From Paraglomus brasilianum (Eukaryota), in assembly GCA_910592345.1 (NCBI GenBank), contig CAJVPI010000046.1:48617-68616 (forward strand): a stretch of DNA of 20,000 bases, in the 5' to 3' direction. Positions 9,560 to 20,000 of the stretch are shown piece by piece. The translations under genes and the position numbers were made by a program. The notes beneath the pieces are model-generated. The model did no database searches. It was not told the DNA's origin and worked only from the letters and a program-made list of their open reading frames with translations. The stretch's first letter is position 1. Each line of letters opens with the position of its first letter.

Positions 9560-12262
9560 ATGACACATTGCTCGGAAAATGAGACTTTAGCGAATAGAAC
9601 GAATACGCTAGTAATTTCGTTCTTAAGCAACCTAGCTTGCAATGCCCCAAGACCGTCTTCGGAATTAAATGACACTTGGATAAGTTCACTCACTCCGCGT
9701 GTCAAATCGTTAATTCTTGACTTCCCGCCATTCGATTCTGCAGATACACGACTAGCTAACGGAATATTGCCAGATACGGTAACCAAAACCATCAAATGTG
9801 CGTTAGAACGAGTTATCCTATGTAAAAGTATTTCTAAATTGAACTCGCAATTAATCTAATATACTTTTAGCTCGAAGCCCATATGATACCGTGGATGATA
9901 CAGATTTCCAGAGGGCAGGTCGGGAAATAAAGGTATTGGCTCACGAAGCATATCGTTGGTTTCAAAATGAAATACAAGAATTGAAAGACTTCGAAAACAT
10001 ATATTGTGAAGAATTGATATGGTGTGGAGAACATAAAATCGTATGTATAGAAAGAGCCTTTTTTTTTTTTTCACTTGAAATATGTAGTTCCTTGCCAATG
10101 TCTAATTTATCCACACTTTGTTCTTCTTAAGGCGTTTGCGAAAAGCATCGAGCTCTATTTTGCAGGAGATAATTATACTGCTCTCCTTCTGATAATCTCA
10201 TCATTGGAGCAGCTGCTAGGCGACGTAAGTATGTTTTACTGGGTCCACATTGGGATAATATATAAGTTACCTGTATTATTAACACGCTTTCTAAGGTCTT
10301 GCATTTAGTCAATATGTCGAAATCACGCGAGACGCACATTACACCGCAAGTACCTCCACTCTTCCGCGACTTGTTACTGGAGAAACCTTTGGCTGACATT
10401 GTTGGCGAAGACTTTGTATTTCTACTCCGCTGCCTATTCGGTCCACCAAATTCCATGAATATTCGAAACATCATTTGGCACGGTTTTATTTGTGAAGAGG
10501 AATTCTCGCCAACACCTGCTATATGGTATTATTCTTTAATTGTTGTCTTAGCAATGAGTGTTTGTGCGAAAGTAAAATCTTCGGAAGTCTCTTGCAAAGT
10601 CCTTATTAGAAGACACACAAAAAAAGCTTTTATTGGACTGTATCATCTCCCTCAAAATTTTAATTGGGACGAACAAAACAAGGCGGATTGTGTGCAGGGG
10701 ACAACAAACTATCTGACCACAAGTGATTTTGAGCAATTAATTCTAAATGAACGCGGTAACTAATTTTTGTTCTATTTGTAATCAAAACGCGTGTCCGTAC
10801 AGTGACATTTATGTCTGGCTGGTACGTTTATCTGCTTCATTAACAACTTACTTAAACCGCCCATAGTACCACATTCAATTCCCCCTCATACATACCTCCT
10901 TTCTATATTAAGTCAAACCTTCTTTGTTATTCCGACTACGATTTCAACTTGGAGACGTGCTTTTGAATATATGTACACGGGTCAGCCTATTCTTTTCTTG
11001 ATACTTGCTCTTCCTCTCCTCGAGCACTCATTGCGTAGATTGTACATATGTCTGAACCAGGATGTATCCGATCACAGACTTTGCACGGGAAACGTTGGAG
11101 AATACTTCTTAACAATGGACGTTATACTAAAAAAATGCGTTAGCATGCAATTCATTATTGCGAATGCTCGGGCCCAGAAGGAACTTGCTGAAGAACTGAA
11201 AAACGTTATTTTCGATCAGTTAAAAGGCGATGTCATGGTAAGGATACCGACAATTAGCTAAGATGCGTCTGTTGACTGAATTCTTTGAGGAATTTATATG
11301 AACGTTTTTGCAATAGGACCTACTGGAAGACCTTTTCGTCCATGTTTCCGGGCCGCGCCTTCGGGATCGGATCGCACATGGGGATTACGATTTTACACTA
11401 CTTTGTAGAACGTCATCAGCGCATAACGACCCAGTTTTCGCACATGTTGTACATCTCATCCGACATCTTTTCGAAAGATATCTCGCTGGAACTCACGTAA
11501 CAAGCCCGAAGAAATTCGTCCTAACCTATAAATCAAGATTTCATCCTATGTCATTGTTACAAAGAGAGTGTTTTTACGTTGTCGTATGTATATGGCAGGT
11601 TTGGAAAGTTGCTGGGAATGATACACGGTTCGAACTAAGTATATGGGACAACAGCAGTGATAATTCAATTGTTGACTTTGTGAAGCAGTGTGGGAAGCCA
11701 ATAGTGTTTTCTGCGTCATTTGTCAAATCTCTGTGTGAAGAATGCTCAAATGCCGAGGATTTAATAAAAAATTTGAATAGATTTGTGTCAAAGGACATAA
11801 AAAATCATTTTTCAGACCACTGGTGCAACACACAGCTTGGAAAGGAGGATGAGAAACGAATTGTTTTCCGACGAGGAGCTCTCAGAAGAGCCGCCAATGG
11901 ACTTCAGAAGGTAAAGACATTAGTGCTAACTTTATTTCCGTTATGATGTTAAGAGATTATATATTTTTTTACGGCGATTATAGGTGTATGAGAGACTCAC
12001 CTCCATTGGTTCGTCTCCTTCTTCGCGTAAACGGAAGAATCTTCAGGCTTTTTTCGTTTTACTTCCAATTCTCCTGACCCAATTATGTGACGCTTTATCC
12101 GTTCTGATGGCTACAGAAGATCAGAAAATTCTGTTGGAATCGTTGATTTTCGTTGAACGTTGGTGTTCTTTATGCATTAAAGGAAGCTGGGAGAAATTTG
12201 TTGAAACTTACAATAAATTCAGCGAGGAAATATCACAAGTAATTCGAAAAAGGAAAGTATGA
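9560..12262 (+). CDS. ERMARD/C6orf70-like DUF4209 protein; approximate exons 9560-9821, 9871-10040, 10132-10224, 10296-10755, 10867-11237, 11317-11910, 11984-12262
   Basis: Spliced motifs SSLEQLLGD|V, VPPLFRDLL, LFGPPNSMNIRNIIWHGF, LPLLEHSLRRLY, EYFLTMDVIL, DLFVHVSGPRLRDRIAHG and YKSRFHP parallel ERMARD (LERALGD, GSPCGLNLRNVLWHGF, GPRIRDHLSHG). GT-AG introns keep the phase. The first donor (9822 vs 9828) and the termini are less certain. Confidence 0.85.
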
Positions 12263-13713
12263 TGTGGTGGCACCTTTGACTAGTGAAGAGGAGGAATTAG
12301 AAAATGTGGCTAGTTTTGAAGTATTAATAAAAGTCAGTACCGAAAATGGTTTGGATAAAAAAAGCAAAATACTCATGCATCGCTTAGTATCCCCACACAT
12401 TGGTTCTCTCTCTTGGAATGAAATACGACACCCACATAGACCTGCACTCATCCTTTGGAAATTTTCTCATCACTCTCTCCCTATTGGTATTTCAGTCTCT
12501 AAAATCTCTCCCTTTGGTATATCATGTCCTTGGTGTCCCACAACCCTAATTCCATATCTCATCTCTTTCTCATGCATCTCTAATCTGGGACAAAATTTCT
12601 CTCCTTTGCTCTTTCATTTCTTCTTATCATCCATCTCCCATTAATTTTATCTCCTCCTCTCAGCCTCACTTTAAAAAACTCGGTCGACTTCTTCAATCAG
12701 TAGCTATATTCTCTATATTAATATAACCCTCCCTCATTTATCGCACGCCTGTCTTTAGATAGAGTTAATATTAAAATGAGCTTCAACATATATATGTAGT
12801 TCAGTAATAAAGTTGTACTTATTATTATAGATTATCGAGATGAGAAGGTTTATGTTCTTTAATGAAGGTGTACATATGGTCTTTCTAATTAAAAGCTATA
12901 TTTGCTGAAATAAGAGATGTCTGGAAGAATAAGGTTTATGTATTACTAATTCGAACAGTGGGACTAAAATTATAAATGGATAATAAAGCATAAAACATCA
13001 AGCATCTATTGAATAGGTTTGCAAACTGTCCATATATCTTGCAAAATCCCATTAATTAGTGTAATTGAACTGAGCATTCCATCATAGTGGACAAATTTCA
13101 AATACGAGTGGAGAACGGGCCTTCGATAATTATTATGTCGACATTGATAGATGGATATGTTTGTTTGGGTTCATAAAAAGTCCTTATTTTCTATGCAAGC
13201 ACTTATACATACTTATGTTGCCAACCATGAAGGCTTCTTTCCTCAGTACATGAGCACGACTCGTCGGCACGGTCATCCGTTTATCTATTTCGGAGCAGAA
13301 GATCCTTCAATATCAAGAATTAACCAAATTAACAGCACGAAATACAAATAAATTCGTTAAACGAACCAGATGCCGTTCTTGAAATATCTGAAAGAGCACC
13401 CGTGCTAGAATTGACATCATCGAAAGGAGTTAGCATTAGATAAGACAATGTACGAATTTTTAACCTCAATAGTCGAGCAAAATATTGAGAATGATAATTT
13501 TACAATGAATATAAGACTCAGACAATGTCTGATAGACGAGGCTTCAGCCAACTCGTGTGAAAATGTCATACAACAAAAAATTCTGACCAATAATTTATTG
13601 AGGCTTGTGTGGCTTTTAGATCACGGGGTTGTCCTTTTTTTTTCGCGACAGACACCATGTTTACGCGACCAAACCTATACTTACAAACTCTAGCTGAATC
13701 GAAACCAAAAAAA

Positions 13714-15099
13714 ATGGAACCTTATACTGGGAATGAAAGTAAGCTCTCAAACTTGCAGATTTGCTTTTCGACAGTGGACTGATTCTCCTTATTATTATTG
13801 GTTTTCCAGTTGTTTTAAAATATTTCGAAACTTACGATGAAGAAACATGGACTTACGAACATTTTTTAAATGAATTAAAAGAAGCAATTGTAATTTCGCC
13901 ATCATATACTAACGACTGGAGCGGTTTAGATGGTGCATGGTATGGTTGATATATTTATCATGTCAATAAGGTTGGTTTTGTGCTATACAATATTTGCTAA
14001 ACTTCCAAAAAGCTTTATTATTATCAGTATCAAGGGTGGCTTCTGGGTTGTAGTTATACTTTTTGGTGTAGTGCGATTCAGAGGTTTTGCCGTAGTTTTC
14101 GGTACCCAAGTGATGAGTATGGAGCGCTTCTGGGTTGTAGTTATATTTATAATATAGCTCGATATGAGGTTCTGGGTCATAGTTACATTTGATGTAGTGC
14201 GGTCTGGAGGTTGTGTTGTGTATATTTGATATAGTGCGATCCAGAGGTTTTGCCGTAGTTTTCGGTGCTTTCTCGTTGCGATTCATTCAAAAAGCTTTAT
14301 TATTATCAGTGTCAAGGGTGGCTTCTGGGTTGTAGTTATACTTTTTGGTGTAGTGCGATTCAGAGGTTTTGCCGTAGTTTTCGGTACCCAAGTGATGAGT
14401 ATGGAGCGCTTCTGGGTTGTAGTTATATTTATAATATAGCTCGATATGAGGTTCTGGGTCATAGTTACATTTGATGTAGTGCGGTCTGGAGGTTGTGTTG
14501 TGTATATTTGATATAGTGCGATCCAGAGGTTTTGCCGTAGTTTTCGGTGCTCTCTCATTGCGATTCATTAATAGGATGAAATAAATGAACCTCGAATGAA
14601 ATCATTTTTCCAAGACATTATTCTTGAACGTGAAAAGGTTAGCCCTGTTTGCATTAATATTCTTACAAGAATTATATCAAAAAAAGAATAATTTTTATTG
14701 ACTATGTCCTTATCCTGTCCAAAACAGAGAAATGCCGGAAAAAATTACGTAATAGAAGGCGTAAGAGTTCTCAATGAAGCAAGGTTTCGCAGTTCAGATG
14801 AAGTAATTTCCGCTGTTAATAAACAATATCCTGAGGATTAAGCCAGCGGAAACGAAGATGCTTCACACAAACAGACAGAAAACGGGCCATCACAAACTCC
14901 AGAAGACAAGGTAGTTGTATCCTCCCGTTGTTTTAATATATATCCCGCAACAAAATGTCTTCTCATCTTTCACATTTATGCACAGGTTGCAGAGGTTACA
15001 GATGATGAAGAATGGGAGTTTGACACACCACAGCCAAGTTGGCTAAAAAAAGTGATAGAGGAACATTGTCTGTCGAAAAATCCGCAACAGACGCAATAA
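13714..15099 (+). pseudogene. Intron-containing hypothetical-protein pseudogene (unknown family)
   Basis: Exon-like blocks bounded by GT donors and AG acceptors: MEPYTGNE|, FPVVLKYFETYDEETWTYEHFLNELKEAI..GLDGAWYG*YIYHVNK|, DEINEPRMKSFFQDIILEREK|, RNAGKNYVIEGVRVLNEA..QTPEDK|, VAEVTDDEEWEFDTPQPSWLKKVIEEH. In-frame stops at 13947 and 14839, a first acceptor that reads TG rather than AG, and an abrupt end near an 18-bp duplication (15073-15090/15113-15130). Confidence 0.6.
14006..14569. repeat. Two tandem 282-bp units (14006-14287, 14288-14569) built from degenerate ~40-bp subrepeats
   Basis: The two units are nearly identical (3 substitutions seen by eye). Internal motifs TTCTGGGTTGTAGTTATA and TAGTGCGATYCAGAGGTTTTGCCGTAGTTTTCGGT recur within each unit. 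Confidence 0.95.
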
Positions 15100-15673
15100 T
15101 AGCAAAAACGTTTCGAAAAATCCGCAACAGCACAAAATACTATAATTGGAATTAGCTAAAAGAGCGCTACGTTTTTTTTCGCAACACTCAAAGATATATA
15201 AGTAGCTCATATTCCATCACCAAATCTTCATGTTGCAAATATTGTTCATGTTGTGAAATAAATAAAATATTATTGATCTTAGTAATATTCTTTTATTATA
15301 AATATCCAATTAAATTTCTATCGTCAAAATAATTGATTATTCGACCGGACATTCCACTAAACGGCTCACTTAAGCTGTAACGAAAATAGCATTGATTTAA
15401 TCAAGCTAGTAAGGTTCGCTGATCAATTACGTGAATAACGGAACGAGAGTTCATAATTAATTATCGAGACGATTATTGTTTAATTAGTTTAGAAAGACAA
15501 GTGACGGATACCCGACGTCGGAAAAACAAATCGAAGATAGCCCTGTTTAAATTTAAAAATAGTATTATTCCCCTTCGATTCTTTAGTAGAGTTATTATTT
15601 TATTAGAGGTACCCTTGTTTGTATTCACGAGTGTTTGAAACTCGGATAGGGAGTGAGAAGCGCGCATAATCAC

Positions 15674-15744
15674 TTGAGGCTTAATTCAGTCTTAATTGCA
15701 CAACTATCGTAGTAAGGGCGATAGTACGAGCTAAGCCTGGTAAC
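15674..15744 (+). other. Candidate structured RNA element (pseudoknot-capable)
   Basis: Complementary segments: 15674-15680/15689-15695; 15678-15687/15728-15737 (9 of 10 pairs counting G-U); 15703-15709/15719-15725 (perfect 7 bp); 15696-15699/15740-15743. Confidence 0.35.
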
Positions 15745-15858
15745 ATCCCCCGGTCGGCGAACACACCTACACGAAAGATAAATCGCTCTCCCAAAAACCC
15801 CATGTCTGTCAACTGAGAAAAGTGCATCCATTGTAGGTAATCATGTGGTTGCAACATA

Positions 15859-16552
15859 TTATGCCATGATGTTTATGAATGAGTCTAGAGATTTGTTGCC
15901 AGTGGACCAACTGGGAGTTCTTGGATTTTTGCAGAAAACACAGAAATCCTTTATAGTAGAATATAAACCACCAATACACAACAGACACAGTTTTATTCTA
16001 TGTTTGCTTTGTATTATAGCATATTTTGCCATTGCGGGTGATATGTGAAACCGAATGCAACCCAAACGTTTGGATCAAGCATATCTGGATAGTCTTTACA
16101 TAACTGTACAAATGAAATAACATTAATTAATAGCCAACAATTATGATAGCTGCATGTTCGATTGAATAAATGACTGACCTTGTCATAAAATGAATCATCT
16201 TCTAGATCTGAAGTCTCAAGCGGAATCAGGTCCATGTAAGAACCTAAAGATAAACTCTTAAAACGCGCATAAGGATATTTCCGGGAATCATTTACAAAAT
16301 ATATAAATTTATCTGGCGACATTTGATCAAGCCAAGTGAATGGTTTATATTGCAAGTAAGCATCATTCGCGGTCTTTGTTGACATTTGTGATTTCTTAAT
16401 AAATTCATCAAGTTTTTTACAGTTACTAGTCCATCCACATGCTAATTCTTTATGACCACAAATGCACCACACTGGACTGCATCTCAGTCTTCCGCATACG
16501 GAGCAAATCCATACCAAGAAAAAAGCAGATAAAAGTCTTTGTCATTTACCAT
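15859..16552 (-). pseudogene. Truncated pseudogene of the N-terminal region of a Glomeromycota-type expanded (tyrosine-kinase-like) protein kinase
   Basis: MVNDKDFYLLFSWYG/(frameshift)ICSVCGRLRCSPVWCICGHKELACGWTSNCKKLDEFIKKSQ..AYLQYKPF, an intron-like GTCAGT..CAG, then a second module CLLC..CVFC..WSTGNKSLDSFI. The Cys-rich + WTSGNxxLDxFI..LEWIP-like module usually precedes such kinases; no kinase catalytic domain follows. Confidence 0.6.
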
Positions 16553-19500
16553 GTAGCAATTATCTTCGTTCATGGTAAACCCCCGTATCATAGCAATATT
16601 GCGTACCGCAAGCATAAGGCCATATCTTTGAAATTAATTAACATTGTGATTGGTCATTATACCTGCCAGGTCGTGCAGGCTCAAATATTATCCTTTCATT
16701 GGACACTCAGATCCATAAATAGAAATATTATGGACTGTACGACGTGTCGGGTTGTGCGACATTGCAGGTAAATTCCTGATAATTTAGCTGTCTAAAAACA
16801 GCTTTAGCAGTTATCTGTAGCTGTCAATAAAGATCTTACATTAAAAAAAAAATAAAAAATTCCTGATAATATAATATTGACTCTGACAAAATTATAAGTA
16901 ACATATGAAACCCCTTTATTCTCGAAAATCTCTATTGTCCATACGTACTATGTAACCCACATACCACAATAATTTTAGTACCGTTTTGAAGCTAATGACT
17001 GTGTTTTTTGAAAATAATGGTGTGGAATTTAAATCAGTTACTGTAATGAAGAAGTAAGTGACGGTACATATGATTTTCATACATTTTCATATGTGTAACA
17101 TAAATTCCGCGAACTTTGAGACTGGATACACAGTGAACCTGGATATAACGTAACGAATCAGTCGGGTTTTTTCAAGTTCTGCGTAATAACTTCCAATATA
17201 AGTGTCTGTTTAAGAAGTGTGAAAGACAAATGCTGAATAAATTGAATCATAAGTTAAACTTTCAATCATGCTTTTTGAATTTTATTGTACTTCCCTTCCC
17301 GATTCTTCTCATAAATCAGACAATTGTCATATCGCTGTTGGTCGCCTCCATATCGCCTCCAACCATTTTTGATCATGAGTTGTAAATCATCTCAGTTTAG
17401 CAATCATAACTCGGGTAGTCTTTCGGAAAAGACGCATTGATGAATTAAACATTTTAAATCAGTATGTGGTACAAAAATACTCTTGAAGTCACAAATTATA
17501 TCGATCTGTTAATTAAGCGCATACTTGACATATAACAGAGACCCAATACATCGGAAATAGATAAAAGCTGCGTTTGTCTAAAAGGCATCTATTCGTTCCG
17601 AATAAATTAATAACATTAGTCATGACAAATTTGCAAGACAAAGTTAAGGTCGAAAATAAACCCATTATAATTACAAGTTCACGAAGTATCTTTAATATAC
17701 AGTACGTGGTAAAGTACTTCATCTTAAACTTATCTTGTATATTCATGTCTTTCATTTTTGCTGGTCTTAAAACGTTCCCAAGATAAAGCGCTTACGCACG
17801 CATTTTACATCTTTGTCATACATTTTGACGTTCCACTAACTCACAATTTTCTGACTTTGCTATAAAAAAATTACAAAGGCTATATTGTTATTATTGTTAA
17901 CCTGATAATAATATTGGGCGGGGCCATCCAAACTCACGAGAGAGTAAATAACGGATGGCAAATACCGTATAAAAATTTAGGGAAAAATTAGACAAAAAAA
18001 TCATTACAATTTAAAAGAGAATTATACTACAATCATTTATTATTGTGTACATTTAATTGGCATTTGTAATGTTGACTAATTTAAAGATCGAAGACAAAGG
18101 AACAACCGACGATACAGAATACAGCGATCAGTAACGACTTGAGGTAGAAATGAAATACTTATATTTAATAAATAAAGTAAATTGAGGACAATGTTTATCT
18201 GTTAAAGGAGAAAGGGGGGGCACGGGAAAAGCTTATCAAGAGCAAAGGAAAAGACAGAAAAAAAAGAACTAGTCGCCAGAGTGAAGAAATATTCGCAGGT
18301 GGAGAATTACAAGGTGCTAATTACTTTCAAAGAATACACTCTACTCAATAAGGACAATGCGACTGTGTGAATTTCTAATCAAAGATTACCACAAAGCTGT
18401 CAAAAAGAGGAGTTTAAGGGGAACGTTGGAATAGCTTATCGGATAAAAAAGCAAGCCGAATTTATTAAGTTTTGGGCGAGGGAAGCAGCAATATCAGTGT
18501 TGGCAGTGTGAAGAAAAGAGACCGCAGGAGCAGGAAAACAGCGAGGTAAAGGAGTTCGAATTGTGGAAACCGAGTGAAAGAGATGAGTGAGAAAAATGGA
18601 GTGTGTAAGGATTGCGTGGAGAGGTTTGGAGGGATTCTCTTTTCTGGGTATCGTATAGTAGTTCCTTGCGATAGTTATTTCTACTCCCGCCTTCTCCATC
18701 TTTTCTTCTTTCTTCCAATATTTCACATGACAAACAAAATGTTGATTGTAATTGTAGATGGATTTTTTTTTTTCGCTACTCAAAGGATTAATTAAGTTCA
18801 GCAGGGGGATAAGAACCCCTTTTCTTAGGAGTATTGGACAAGCTATATAAATTATCTTGGCGTTTACAATTAGTTGCCAGGAATGTTGGGGGGGGTTTTT
18901 GCCCATGGTCAAAAGGGGTTTCTCACGCCCTCCAGGTTTTGGAATCTATGATACTAATATTAGTTTATCCTCCGATTTCTGTGACAGTAACATCAAAGAG
19001 TAGAAGAAAACCGGGTTTCTATAAGTTTTGACAAGAGAGTGATTCAATATTAAGTCTTGCGCTTGTTGGTCATATTGCTTGTTATCGATATCATTACTAG
19101 ATCAGTTTAATTGCGTGGCTTATCGAACTTTTTAACCAGTGAAAATTATTTTACTGCGTGTGCTACGGAATGTTACGCTGATTCTATTGTCCTTATTTAC
19201 GGAAACAATCGTGCCAGTCTCAATATGTGTTACGCTAGACAATATATCAATATTCGTTTATGCTTTACTATTGGTCGACAGTCAGACTCTCACGCTCCTT
19301 ATTGCATAGATAACGACATTTATACTTATAAGGTTATATCAAGTAGTACCAGTATGTGTCATCTTCCCATCTAACACGCGAACACGCGTCTACTCATACA
19401 TATATATGTTGTATATAATTTGCGTCACTATATAATTCCCGGAATTATATATATAATTGGTGGTACGCAATTTATATATATAATTGGTGGCAGATCACCC

Positions 19501-20000
19501 CAAAACCTGATTTACATATATAATTTGTGACTGATGACCCCCAAATATATCGTTGATACGATGATTGTTAAAATGTAAGTCAAAAGTATTCCTAAGCGCT
19601 CATTAAAGTTTGTTCAAAAGTTATTTTTCCAACCCTTTATTATTCATTCTTTGTTTTCTTTAGTATCCTTACTAGATTATAGCAACCGATTGTTGTTAAT
19701 AAAGACTATTACCGACTATATAAAAGACAACAACGATAATAATACATTACTGATAAATCTAAATCTGCTTCATCTTCTTAGTAGAGTATAAGTAATTTAT
19801 TGTTTAAATGCTTTAAAGAAAGACTAATGTCATGATCAAATAGATCGTAAGATGATGACACAGTAATAGGGTGATATAGCCAAAATCTACTTGTCATGAT
19901 TGAAAATCGTACGATGATACGGTTATCTACCTTCGCTGTTTGATAATTCCTGTATTGAGGAATAATTCGTATGATATAATACATTGTCCTTCTGGAATCC

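Noticed and set aside
14006..14569. CRISPR array
   Set aside because: Subrepeats are degenerate and irregularly spaced, the intervening sequences are duplicated between the two units rather than unique, and no cas genes are present in this eukaryotic context.
15770..15825. Hammerhead ribozyme (CGAAA ... CTGAGA)
   Set aside because: The core is not CUGANGA and the three helices cannot be built.
16900..17790. Possible decayed minus-strand gene
   Set aside because: Short protein-like stretches but many stops and no identifiable motif.
19375..19545. TATATATAATTGGTGG duplicate, ACACGCG duplicate and TATATAATTC/GAATTATATA palindrome
   Set aside because: Low-complexity AT-rich repeats with no assignable function.
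19778..19984. 68-aa minus ORF with a degenerate internal repeat
   Set aside because: No recognisable motif, and it lies at the window edge.

Overview
AT-rich eukaryotic genomic DNA with short GT-AG introns. It is most likely an early-diverging fungus (Glomeromycota/Mucoromycota-like; inferred from gene content). Three host genes appear intact: the 5' part of RPAP1/RBA50 (minus, runs off the left edge, absent from the ORF track), a 3-exon type I DnaJ (Ydj1/Mas5-like) and a 7-exon ERMARD/DUF4209-like gene. Between them lie decayed elements: a Tc1/mariner transposase pseudogene, a second Tc1 fragment, an orphan dynactin-type CAP-Gly exon, an intron-containing pseudogene carrying a 2 x 282 bp higher-order repeat, and a kinase-family N-terminal pseudogene. 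The highlight is a frameshifted Fanzor (TnpB-derived RNA-guided nuclease, Fanzor2/IS607-type) relic at about 7445-9004 on the minus strand. It can be reassembled across frames from the N-terminal extension through the HTH, RuvC-I, rearranged RuvC-II and Zn finger, with RuvC-III deleted. A compact pseudoknot-capable RNA-like element lies at 15674-15744. All family assignments come from motif recognition by eye; no searches were run.
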